Shown piece by piece: positions 11,401 to 24,000 of a DNA stretch of 64,000 nt. Location: assembly GCF_009914755.1 (NCBI RefSeq), contig NC_060934.1; one strand, written 5' to 3'. Origin of the DNA: the human T2T-CHM13v2.0 reference genome, Homo sapiens. A program made the translations under genes and the position numbers. Position 1 is the stretch's first letter, and each line of letters begins with the position of its first letter. The notes beneath the pieces were generated by a model. The model was not told the origin of the DNA. It made no database searches and saw nothing but the letters and a program-made list of their open reading frames with translations.

Positions 11401-14400
11401 AGAGTCATTCGTAGAAACTAGTTTGTGATGTGTGCCTTCAACTCACAGAGTTTAACCTTTCTTTTCATAGAGCAGTTGGGAAACACTCTATTTGTAAAGT
11501 CTGCAAGTGGATATTTGGACCTCTTTGAGGCCTTCGTTGGAAACGGGATTTCTTCATACAACGCTAGACAGAAGAATTCTCAGTAACTTCTTTGTGTTGT
11601 GTGTATTCAACTCACAGAGTTGAACCTTTCTTTAGAGAGAGCAGAGTTGAAACACTCTGTTTTTGGAATTTGCAACTGCAGATTTCAAGCGATTCTAGGC
11701 CTATGGCAGAAAAGGAAATATCTTCGTATAAAAACTACACAGAATCATTCTCAACAACTACTTTGTGATGTGTGCGTTCAACTCACAGAGTTTAACCTTT
11801 CTTTTCATAGAGCAGTTTGGAAACACTCTGTTTGTAAAGCCTGCAAGTGCTTTTTTGGACTTCATTGAGGCCTTCGTTGGAAACGGGATTTCTTCATATA
11901 ATGCTAGACAGAAGAATTCTCAGTCACTTCTTTGTGTTGTGTGTATTCAAGTCACAGAGTTGAACCTTCCTTTAGACAGAGCAGTTTTGAAAAATTCTTT
12001 CTGTGTAATTTGCAAGTGGAGATTTCAAGCGATTTGAGGCTAATCTTTGAAATGGAAATATCTTCGTGTAAAAACTACACAGAATCATTCTCAGAAACTG
12101 CTTTGTCATCTGTGCGTTCAGTTCACAGAGTTTCACCTTTCTCTTCATAGAGCAGTTTGGAAAGACTCTGTCTGTAAAGTCTGCAAGTGATTAGTTAGAC
12201 CCCTTTGAGGCCTTCGTTGGAAGCGGGATTTCTCATTTACTGCTAGACAGAAGAATTCTCAGTAAATCCTTTGTGTTGTGTGTATTCAACTCACAGAGTG
12301 GAACCTTCCTTTATTCAGAGCAGTTTTGAAACACTCTTTTTGTGGAATTTGCAAGTGGAGATTTCAAGCGATTTGACGCCAATCTTAGACATGGAAATAT
12401 CTTCATATTAAAAGTACACAGAGTCATTCGTAGAAACTAGTTTGTGATGTGTGCCTTCAACTCACAGAGTTTAACCTTTCTTTTCATAGAGCAGTTGGGA
12501 AACACTCTATTTGTAAAGTCTGCAAGTGGATATTTGGACCTCTTTGAGGCCTTCGTTGGAAACGGGATTTCTTCATATAACGCTAGACAGAAGAATTCTC
12601 AGTAACTTCTTTGTGTTGTGTGTATTCAACTCACAGAGTTGAACCTTTCTTTAGAGGGAGCAGAGGTGAAACACTCTTTTTGTGGAATTTGCTAGTGTAG
12701 ATTTCAAACGCTTCGAAGACAGTGATAGAAAAGGATATATCTTCATATTAAAAGTAGACAAAATCATTCTCAGAAAACTCTTTGTGATGTGTGTGTTCAA
12801 CTCACAGAGTTTAACCTTTCTTTAATCGAGCAGTTTGGAAATACACTCTTTGTAAGTCTGCAGGTGGATATTTGGCCCTCTTTGAGCCCTTCGTTGGAAA
12901 CGGGATTTCCTCATATAATGCTAGACAGAAGAATTCTCAGTAACTTCTTTGTGTTGTTTGTATTCAACACACAGATTTGAACCTTCCTTTAGAGAGAGCA
13001 GATTTGAAACACTCTGTTTTTGGAATTTGCAAGTGCAGATTTCAAGCGCTTCTAGGCCTATGGCAGAAAAGGAAATATCTTCGTATAAAAACTACACAGA
13101 ATCATTCTCAACAACTACTTTGTGATGTGTGCGTTCAACTCACAGAGTTTAACCTTTCTTTTCATAGAGCAGTTTGGAAACACTCTGTTTGTAAAGCCTG
13201 CAAGTGCTTTTTTGGACTTCATTGAGGCCTTCGTTGGAAACGGGATTTCTTCATATAATGCTAGACAGAAGAATTCTCAGTCACTTGTTTGTGTTGTGTG
13301 TATTCAAGTCACAGAGTTGAACCTTCCTTTAGACAGAGCAGTTTTGAAAAATTCTTTCTGTGGAGTTTGCAAGTGGAGATTTCAAGCGATTTGAGGCTAA
13401 TCTTTGAAATGGAAATATCTTCGTGTAAAAACTACACAGAATCATTCTCAGAAACTGCTTTGTCATCTGTGCGTTCAGTTCACAGAGTTTCACCTTTCTC
13501 TTCATAGAGCAGTTTGGAAAGACTCTGTCTGTAAAGTCTGCAAGTGATTAGTTAGACCCCTTTGAGGCCTTCGTTGGAAGCGGGATTTCTCATTTACTGC
13601 TAGACAGAAGAATTCTCAGTAAATCCTTTGTGTTGTGTGTATTCAACTCACAGAGTGGAACCTTCCTTTATTCAGAGCAGTTTTGAAAAACACTTTTTGT
13701 GGAATTTGCAAGTGGAGATTTCAAGCGATTTGACGCCAATCTTAGACATGGAAATATCTTCATATTAAAAGTACACAGAGTCATTCGTAGAAACTAGTTT
13801 GTGATGTGTGCCTTCAACTCACAGAGTTTAACCTTTCTTTTCATAGAGCAGTTTGGAAACACTCTATTTGTAAAGTCTGCAAGTGGATATTTGGACCTCT
13901 TTGAGGCCTTCGTTGGAAACGGGATTTCTTCATACAACGCTAGACAGAAGAATTCTCAGTAACTTCTTTGTGTTGTGTGTATTCAACTCACAGAGTTGAA
14001 CCTTTCTTTAGAGAGAGCAGAGTTGAAACACTCTGTTTTTGGAATTTGCAACTGCAGATTTCAAGCGATTCTAGGCCTATGGCAGAAAAGGAAATATCTT
14101 CGTCTAAAAACTACACAGAATCATTCTCAACAACTACTTTGTGATGTGTGCGTTCAACTCACAGAGTTTAACCTTTCTTTTCATAGAGCAGTTTGGAAAC
14201 ACTCTGTTTGTAAAGCCTGCAAGTGCTTTTTTGGACTTCATTGAGGCCTTCGTTGGAAACGGGATTTCTTCATATAATGCTAGACAGAAGAATTCTCAGT
14301 CACTTCTTTGTGTTGTGTGTATTCAAGTCACAGAGTTGAACCTTCCTTTAGACAGAGCAGTTTTGAAAAATTCTTTCTGTGTAATTTGCAAGTGGAGATT

Positions 14401-17400
14401 TCAAGCGATTTGAGGCTAATCTTTGAAATGGAAATATCTTCGTGTAAAAACTACACAGAATCATTCTCAGAAACTGCTTTGTCATCTGTGCGTTCAGTTC
14501 ACAGAGTTTCACCTTTCTCTTCATAGAGCAGTTTGGAAAGACTCTGTCTGTAAAGTCTGCAAGTGATTAGTTAGACCCCTTTGAGGCCTTCGTTGGAAGC
14601 GGGATTTCTCATTTACTGCTAGACAGAAGAATTCTCAGTAAATCCTTTGTGTTGTGTGTATTCAACTCACAGAGTGGAACCTTCCTTTATTCAGAGCAGT
14701 TTTGAAACACTCTTTTTGTGGAATTTGCAAGTGGAGATTTCAAGCGATTTGACGCCAATCTTAGACATGGAAATATCTTCATATTAAAAGTACACAGAGT
14801 CATTCGTAGAAACTAGTTTGTGATGTGTGCCTTCAACTCACAGAGTTTAACCTTTCTTTTCATAGAGCAGTTGGGAAACACTCTATTTGTAAAGTCTGCA
14901 AGTGGATATTTGGACCTCTTTGAGGCCTTCGTTGGAAACGGGATTTCTTCATATAACGCTAGACAGAAGAATTCTCAGTAACTTCTTTGTGTTGTGTGTA
15001 TTCAACTCACAGAGTTGAACCTTTCTTTAGAGGGAGCAGAGGTGAAACACTCTTTTTGTGGAATTTGCTAGTGTAGATTTCAAACGCTTCGAAGACAGTG
15101 ATAGAAAAGGATATATCTTCATATTAAAAGTAGACAAAATCATTCTCAGAAAACTCTTTGTGATGTGTGTGTTCAACTCACAGAGTTTAACCTTTCTTTA
15201 ATCGAGCAGTTTGGAAATACACTCTTTGTAAGTCTGCAGGTGGATATTTGGCCCTCTTTGAGCCCTTCGTTGGAAACGGGATTTCCTCATATAATGCTAG
15301 ACAGAAGAATTCTCAGTAACTTCTTTGTGTTGTTTGTATTCAACACACAGATTTGAACCTTCCTTTAGAGAGAGCAGATTTGAAACACTCTGTTTTTGGA
15401 ATTTGCAAGTGCAGATTTCAAGCGCTTCTAGGCCTATGGCAGAAAAGGAAATATCTTCGTATAAAAACTACACAGAATCATTCTCAACAACTACTTTGTG
15501 ATGTGTGCGTTCAACTCACAGAGTTTAACCTTTCTTTTCATAGAGCAGTTTGGAAACACTCTGTTTGTAAAGCCTGCAAGTGCTTTTTTGGACTTCATTG
15601 AGGCCTTCGTTGGAAACGGGATTTCTTCATATAATGCTAGACAGAAGAATTCTCAGTCACTTGTTTGTGTTGTGTGTATTCAAGTCACAGAGTTGAACCT
15701 TCCTTTAGACAGAGCAGTTTTGAAAAATTCTTTCTGTGGAGTTTGCAAGTGGAGATTTCAAGCGATTTGAGGCTAATCTTTGAAATGGAAATATCTTCGT
15801 GTAAAAACTACACAGAATCATTCTCAGAAACTGCTTTGTCATCTGTGCGTTCAGTTCACAGAGTTTCACCTTTCTCTTCATAGAGCAGTTTGGAAAGACT
15901 CTGTCTGTAAAGTCTGCAAGTGATTAGTTAGACCCCTTTGAGGCCTTCGTTGGAAGCGGGATTTCTCATTTACTGCTAGACAGAAGAATTCTCAGTAAAT
16001 CCTTTGTGTTGTGTGTATTCAACTCACAGAGTGGAACCTTCCTTTATTCAGAGCAGTTTTGAAAAACACTTTTTGTGGAATTTGCAAGTGGAGATTTCAA
16101 GCGATTTGACGCCAATCTTAGACATGGAAATATCTTCATATTAAAAGTACACAGAGTCATTCGTAGAAACTAGTTTGTGATGTGTGCCTTCAACTCACAG
16201 AGTTTAACCTTTCTTTTCATAGAGCAGTTTGGAAACACTCTATTTGTAAAGTCTGCAAGTGGATATTTGGACCTCTTTGAGGCCTTCGTTGGAAACGGGA
16301 TTTCTTCATACAACGCTAGACAGAAGAATTCTCAGTAACTTCTTTGTGCTGTGTGTATTCAACTCACAGAGTTGAACCTTTCTTTAGAGAGAGCAGAGTT
16401 GAAACACTCTGTTTTTGGAATTTGCAACTGCAGATTTCAAGCGATTCTAGGCCTATGGCAGAAAAGGAAATATCTTCGTCTAAAAACTACACAGAATCAT
16501 TCTCAACAACTACTTTGTGATGTGTGCGTTCAACTCACAGAGTTTAACCTTTCTTTTCATAGAGCAGTTTGGAAACACTCTGTTTGTAAAGCCTGCAAGT
16601 GCTTTTTTGGACTTCATTGAGGCCTTCGTTGGAAACGGGATTTCTTCATATAATGCTAGACAGAAGAATTCTCAGTCACTTCTTTGTGTTGTGTGTATTC
16701 AAGTCACAGAGTTGAACCTTCCTTTAGACAGAGCAGTTTTGAAAAATTCTTTCTGTGGAGTTTGCAGGTGGAGATTTCAAGCGATTTGAGGCTAATCTTT
16801 GAAATGGAAATATCTTCGTGTAAAAACTACACAGAATCATTCTCAGAAACTGCTTTGTCATCTGTGCGTTCAGTTCACAGAGTTTCACCTTTCTCTTCAT
16901 AGAGCAGTTTGGAAAGACTCTGTCTGTAAAGTCTGCAAGTGATTAGTTAGACCCCTTTGAGGCCTTCGTTGGAAGCGGGATTTCTCATTTACTGCTAGAC
17001 AGAAGAATTCTCAGTAAATCCTTTGTGTTGTGTGTATTCAACTCACAGAGTGGAACCTTCCTTTATTCAGAGCAGTTTTGAAACACTCTTTTTGTGGAAT
17101 TTGCAAGTGGAGATTTCAAGCGATTTGACGCCAATCTTAGACATGGAAATATCTTCATATTAAAAGTACACAGAGTCATTCGTAGAAACTAGTTTGTGAT
17201 GTGTGCCTTCAACTCACAGAGTTTAACCTTTCTTTTCATAGAGCAGTTGGGAAACACTCTATTTGTAAAGTCTGCAAGTGGATATTTGGACCTCTTTGAG
17301 GCCTTCGTTGGAAACGGGATTTCTTCATATAACGCTAGACAGAAGAATTCTCAGTAACTTCTTTGTGTTGTGTGTATTCAACTCACAGAGTTGAACCTTT

Positions 17401-18022
17401 CTTTAGAGGGAGCAGAGGTGAAACACTCTTTTTGTGGAATTTGCTAGTGTAGATTTCAAACGCTTCGAAGACAGTGATAGAAAAGGATATATCTTCATAT
17501 TAAAAGTAGACAAAATCATTCTCAGAAAACTCTTTGTGATGTGTGTGTTCAACTCACAGAGTTTAACCTTTCTTTAATCGAGCAGTTTGGAAATACACTC
17601 TTTGTAAGTCTGCAGGTGGATATTTGGCCCTCTTTGAGCCCTTCGTTGGAAACGGGATTTCCTCATATAATGCTAGACAGAAGAATTCTCAGTAACTTCT
17701 TTGTGTTGTTTGTATTCAACACACAGATTTGAACCTTCCTTTAGAGAGAGCAGATTTGAAACACTCTGTTTTTGGAATTTGCAAGTGCAGATTTCAAGCG
17801 CTTCTAGGCCTATGGCAGAAAAGGAAATATCTTCGTATAAAAACTACACAGAATCATTCTCAACAACTACTTTGTGATGTGTGCGTTCAACTCACAGAGT
17901 TTAACCTTTCTTTTCATAGAGCAGTTTGGAAACACTCTGTTTGTAAAGCCTGCAAGTGCTTTTTTGGACTTCATTGAGGCCTTCGTTGGAAACGGGATTT
18001 CTTCATATAATGCTAGACAGAA

Positions 18023-21000
18023 GAATTCTCAGTCACTTGTTTGTGTTGTGTGTATTCAAGTCACAGAGTTGAACCTTCCTTTAGACAGAGCAGTTTTGAA
18101 AAATTCTTTCTGTGGAGTTTGCAAGTGGAGATTTCAAGCGATTTGAGGCTAATCTTTGAAATGGAAATATCTTCGTGTAAAAACTACACAGAATCATTCT
18201 CAGAAACTGCTTTGTCATCTGTGCGTTCAGTTCACAGAGTTTCACCTTTCTCTTCATAGAGCAGTTTGGAAAGACTCTGTCTGTAAAGTCTGCAAGTGAT
18301 TAGTTAGACCCCTTTGAGGCCTTCGTTGGAAGCGGGATTTCTCATTTACTGCTAGACAGAAGAATTCTCAGTAAATCCTTTGTGTTGTGTGTATTCAACT
18401 CACAGAGTGGAACCTTCCTTTATTCAGAGCAGTTTTGAAAAACACTTTTTGTGGAATTTGCAAGTGGAGATTTCAAGCGATTTGACGCCAATCTTAGACA
18501 TGGAAATATCTTCATATTAAAAGTACACAGAGTCATTCGTAGAAACTAGTTTGTGATGTGTGCCTTCAACTCACAGAGTTTAACCTTTCTTTTCATAGAG
18601 CAGTTTGGAAACACTCTATTTGTAAAGTCTGCAAGTGGATATTTGGACCTCTTTGAGGCCTTCGTTGGAAACGGGATTTCTTCATACAACGCTAGACAGA
18701 AGAATTCTCAGTAACTTCTTTGTGCTGTGTGTATTCAACTCACAGAGTTGAACCTTTCTTTAGAGAGAGCAGAGTTGAAACACTCTGTTTTTGGAATTTG
18801 CAACTGCAGATTTCAAGCGATTCTAGGCCTATGGCAGAAAAGGAAATATCTTCGTATAAAAACTACACAGAATCATTCTCAACAACTACTTTGTGATGTG
18901 TGCGTTCAACTCACAGAGTTTAACCTTTCTTTTCATAGAGCAGTTTGGAAACACTCTGTTTGTAAAGCCTGCAAGTGCTTTTTTGGACTTCATTGAGGCC
19001 TTCGTTGGAAACGGGATTTCTTCATATAATGCTAGACAGAAGAATTCTCAGTCACTTCTTTGTGTTGTGTGTATTCAAGTCACAGAGTTGAACCTTCCTT
19101 TAGACAGAGCAGTTTTGAAAAATTCTTTCTGTGGAGTTTGCAGGTGGAGATTTCAAGCGATTTGAGGCTAATCTTTGAAATGGAAATATCTTCGTGTAAA
19201 AACTACACAGAATCATTCTCAGAAACTGCTTTGTCATCTGTGCGTTCAGTTCACAGAGTTTCACCTTTCTCTTCATAGAGCAGTTTGGAAAGACTCTGTC
19301 TGTAAAGTCTGCAAGTGATTAGTTAGACCCCTTTGAGGCCTTCGTTGGAAGCGGGATTTCTCATTTACTGCTAGACAGAAGAATTCTCAGTAAATCCTTT
19401 GTGTTGTGTGTATTCAACTCACAGAGTGGAACCTTCCTTTATTCAGAGCAGTTTTGAGAAACACTTTTTGTGGAATTTGCAAGTGGAGATTTCAAGCGAT
19501 TTGACGCCAATCTTAGACATGGAAATATCTTCATATTAAAAGTACACAGAGTCATTCGTAGAAACTAGTTTGTGATGTGTGCCTTCAACTCACAGAGTTT
19601 AACCTTTCTTTTCATAGAGCAGTTTGGAAACACTCTATTTGTAAAGTCTGCAAGTGGATATTTGGACCTCTTTGAGGCCTTCGTTGGAAACGGGATTTCT
19701 TCATACAACGCTAGACAGAAGAATTCTCAGTAACTTCTTTGTGTTGTGTGTATTCAACTCACAGAGTTGAACCTTTCTTTAGAGAGAGCAGAGTTGAAAC
19801 ACTCTGTTTTTGGAATTTGCAACTGCAGATTTCAAGCGATTCTAGGCCTATGGCAGAAAAGGAAATATCTTCGTATAAAAACTACACAGAATCATTCTCA
19901 ACAACTACTTTGTGATGTGTGCGTTCAACTCACAGAGTTTAACCTTTCTTTTCATAGAGCAGTTTGGAAACACTCTGTTTGTAAAGCCTGCAAGTGCTTT
20001 TTTGGACTTCATTGAGGCCTTCGTTGGAAACGGGATTTCTTCATATAATGCTAGACAGAAGAATTCTCAGTCACTTCTTTGTGTTGTGTGTATTCAAGTC
20101 ACAGAGTTGAACCTTCCTTTAGACAGAGCAGTTTTGAAAAATTCTTTCTGTGGAGTTTGCAAGTGGAGATTTCAAGCGATTTGAGGCTAATCTTTGAAAT
20201 GGAAATATCTTCGTGTAAAAACTACACAGAATCATTCTCAGAAACTGCTTTGTCATCTGTGCGTTCAGTTCACAGAGTTTCACCTTTCTCTTCATAGAGC
20301 AGTTTGGAAAGACTCTGTAAAGTCTGCAAGTGATTAGTTAGACCCCTTTGAGGCCTTCGTTGGAAGCGGGATTTCTCATTTACTGCTAGACAGAAGAATT
20401 CTCAGTAAATCCTTTGTGTTGTGTGTATTCAACTCACAGAGTGGAACCTTCCTTTATTCAGAGCAGTTTTGAAACACTCTTTTTGTGGAATTTGCAAGTG
20501 GAGATTTCAAGCGATTTGACGCCAATCTTAGACATGGAAATATCTTCATATTAAAAGTACACAGAGTCATTCGTAGAAACTAGTTTGTGATGTGTGCCTT
20601 CAACTCACAGAGTTTAACCTTTCTTTTCATAGAGCAGTTGGGAAACACTCTATTTGTAAAGTCTGCAAGTGGATATTTGGACCTCTTTGAGGCCTTCGTT
20701 GGAAACGGGATTTCTTCATATAACGCTAGACAGAAGAATTCTCAGTAACTTCTTTGTGTTGTGTGTATTCAACTCACAGAGTTGAACCTTTCTTTAGAGG
20801 GAGCAGAGGTGAAACACTCTTTTTGTGGAATTTGCTAGTGTAGATTTCAAACGCTTCGAAGACAGTGATAGAAAAGGATATATCTTCGTATTAAAAGTAG
20901 ACAAAATCATTCTCAGAAAACTCTTTGTGATGTGTGTGTTCAACTCACAGAGTTTAACCTTTCTTTAATCGAGCAGTTTGGAAATACACTCTTTGTAAGT

Positions 21001-24000
21001 CTGCAGGTGGATATTTGGCCCTCTTTGAGCCCTTCGTTGGAAACGGGATTTCCTCATATAATGCTAGACAGAAGAATTCTCAGTAACTTCTTTGTGTTGT
21101 TTGTATTCAACACACAGATTTGAACCTTCCTTTAGAGAGAGCAGATTTGAAACACTCTGTTTTTGGAATTTGCAAGTGCAGATTTCAAGCGCTTCTAGGC
21201 CTATGGCAGAAAAGGAAATATCTTCGTATAAAAACTACACAGAATCATTCTCAACAACTACTTTGTGATGTGTGCGTTCAACTCACAGAGTTTAACCTTT
21301 CTTTTCATAGAGCAGTTTGGAAACACTCTGTTTGTAAAGCCTGCAAGTGCTTTTTTGGACTTCATTGAGGCCTTCGTTGGAAACGGGATTTCTTCATATA
21401 ATGCTAGACAGAAGAATTCTCAGTCACTTCTTTGTGTTGTGTGTATTCAAGTCACAGAGTTGAACCTTCCTTTAGACAGAGCAGTTTTGAAAAATTCTTT
21501 CTGTGGAGTTTGCAAGTGGAGATTTCAAGCGATTTGAGGCTAATCTTTGAAATGGAAATATCTTCGTGTAAAAACTACACAGAATCATTCTCAGAAACTG
21601 CTTTGTCATCTGTGCGTTCAGTTCACAGAGTTTCACCTTTCTCTTCATAGAGCAGTTTGGAAAGACTCTGTCTGTAAAGTCTGCAAGTGATTAGTTAGAC
21701 CCCTTTGAGGCCTTCGTTGGAAGCGGGATTTCTCATTTACTGCTAGACAGAAGAATTCTCAGTAAATCCTTTGTGTTGTGTGTATTCAACTCACAGAGTG
21801 GAACCTTCCTTTATTCAGAGCAGTTTTGAAAAACACTTTTTGTGGAATTTGCAAGTGGAGATTTCAAGCGATTTGACGCCAATCTTAGACATGGAAATAT
21901 CTTCATATTAAAAGTACACAGAGTCATTCGTAGAAACTAGTTTGTGATGTGTGCCTTCAACTCACAGAGTTTAACCTTTCTTTTCATAGAGCAGTTTGGA
22001 AACACTCTATTTGTAAAGTCTGCAAGTGGATATTTGGACCTCTTTGAGGCCTTCGTTGGAAACGGGATTTCTTCATACAACGCTAGACAGAAGAATTCTC
22101 AGTAACTTCTTTGTGCTGTGTGTATTCAACTCACAGAGTTGAACCTTTCTTTAGAGAGAGCAGAGTTGAAACACTCTGTTTTTGGAATTTGCAACTGCAG
22201 ATTTCAAGCGATTCTAGGCCTATGGCAGAAAAGGAAATATCTTCGTATAAAAACTACACAGAATCATTCTCAACAACTACTTTGTGATGTGTGCGTTCAA
22301 CTCACAGAGTTTAACCTTTCTTTTCATAGAGCAGTTTGGAAACACTCTGTTTGTAAAGCCTGCAAGTGCTTTTTTGGACTTCATTGAGGCCTTCGTTGGA
22401 AACGGGATTTCTTCATATAATGCTAGACAGAAGAATTCTCAGTCACTTCTTTGTGTTGTGTGTATTCAAGTCACAGAGTTGAACCTTCCTTTAGACAGAG
22501 CAGTTTTGAAAAATTCTTTCTGTGGAGTTTGCAGGTGGAGATTTCAAGCGATTTGAGGCTAATCTTTGAAATGGAAATATCTTCGTGTAAAAACTACACA
22601 GAATCATTCTCAGAAACTGCTTTGTCATCTGTGCGTTCAGTTCACAGAGTTTCACCTTTCTCTTCATAGAGCAGTTTGGAAAGACTCTGTCTGTAAAGTC
22701 TGCAAGTGATTAGTTAGACCCCTTTGAGGCCTTCGTTGGAAGCGGGATTTCTCATTTACTGCTAGACAGAAGAATTCTCAGTAAATCCTTTGTGTTGTGT
22801 GTATTCAACTCACAGAGTGGAACCTTCCTTTATTCAGAGCAGTTTTGAGAAACACTTTTTGTGGAATTTGCAAGTGGAGATTTCAAGCGATTTGACGCCA
22901 ATCTTAGACATGGAAATATCTTCATATTAAAAGTACACAGAGTCATTCGTAGAAACTAGTTTGTGATGTGTGCCTTCAACTCACAGAGTTTAACCTTTCT
23001 TTTCATAGAGCAGTTTGGAAACACTCTATTTGTAAAGTCTGCAAGTGGATATTTGGACCTCTTTGAGGCCTTCGTTGGAAACGGGATTTCTTCATACAAC
23101 GCTAGACAGAAGAATTCTCAGTAACTTCTTTGTGTTGTGTGTATTCAACTCACAGAGTTGAACCTTTCTTTAGAGAGAGCAGAGTTGAAACACTCTGTTT
23201 TTGGAATTTGCAACTGCAGATTTCAAGCGATTCTAGGCCTATGGCAGAAAAGGAAATATCTTCGTATAAAAACTACACAGAATCATTCTCAACAACTACT
23301 TTGTGATGTGTGCGTTCAACTCACAGAGTTTAACCTTTCTTTTCATAGAGCAGTTTGGAAACACTCTGTTTGTAAAGCCTGCAAGTGCTTTTTTGGACTT
23401 CATTGAGGCCTTCGTTGGAAACGGGATTTCTTCATATAATGCTAGACAGAAGAATTCTCAGTCACTTCTTTGTGTTGTGTGTATTCAAGTCACAGAGTTG
23501 AACCTTCCTTTAGACAGAGCAGTTTTGAAAAATTCTTTCTGTGGAGTTTGCAAGTGGAGATTTCAAGCGATTTGAGGCTAATCTTTGAAATGGAAATATC
23601 TTCGTGTAAAAACTACACAGAATCATTCTCAGAAACTGCTTTGTCATCTGTGCGTTCAGTTCACAGAGTTTCACCTTTCTCTTCATAGAGCAGTTTGGAA
23701 AGACTCTGTAAAGTCTGCAAGTGATTAGTTAGACCCCTTTGAGGCCTTCGTTGGAAGCGGGATTTCTCATTTACTGCTAGACAGAAGAATTCTCAGTAAA
23801 TCCTTTGTGTTGTGTGTATTCAACTCACAGAGTGGAACCTTCCTTTATTCAGAGCAGTTTTGAAACACTCTTTTTGTGGAATTTGCAAGTGGAGATTTCA
23901 AGCGATTTGACGCCAATCTTAGACATGGAAATATCTTCATATTAAAAGTACACAGAGTCATTCGTAGAAACTAGTTTGTGATGTGTGCCTTCAACTCACA

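Larger units (their letters stand above)
34..19041 (+). repeat. Eight consecutive composite 14-mer HORs (8+6; 2376 bp)
   Basis: The 8-mer-specific ORF anchor recurs at 909, 3285, 5661, 8037, 10413, 12789, 15165 and 17541, exactly 2376 bp apart. Confidence 0.95.
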
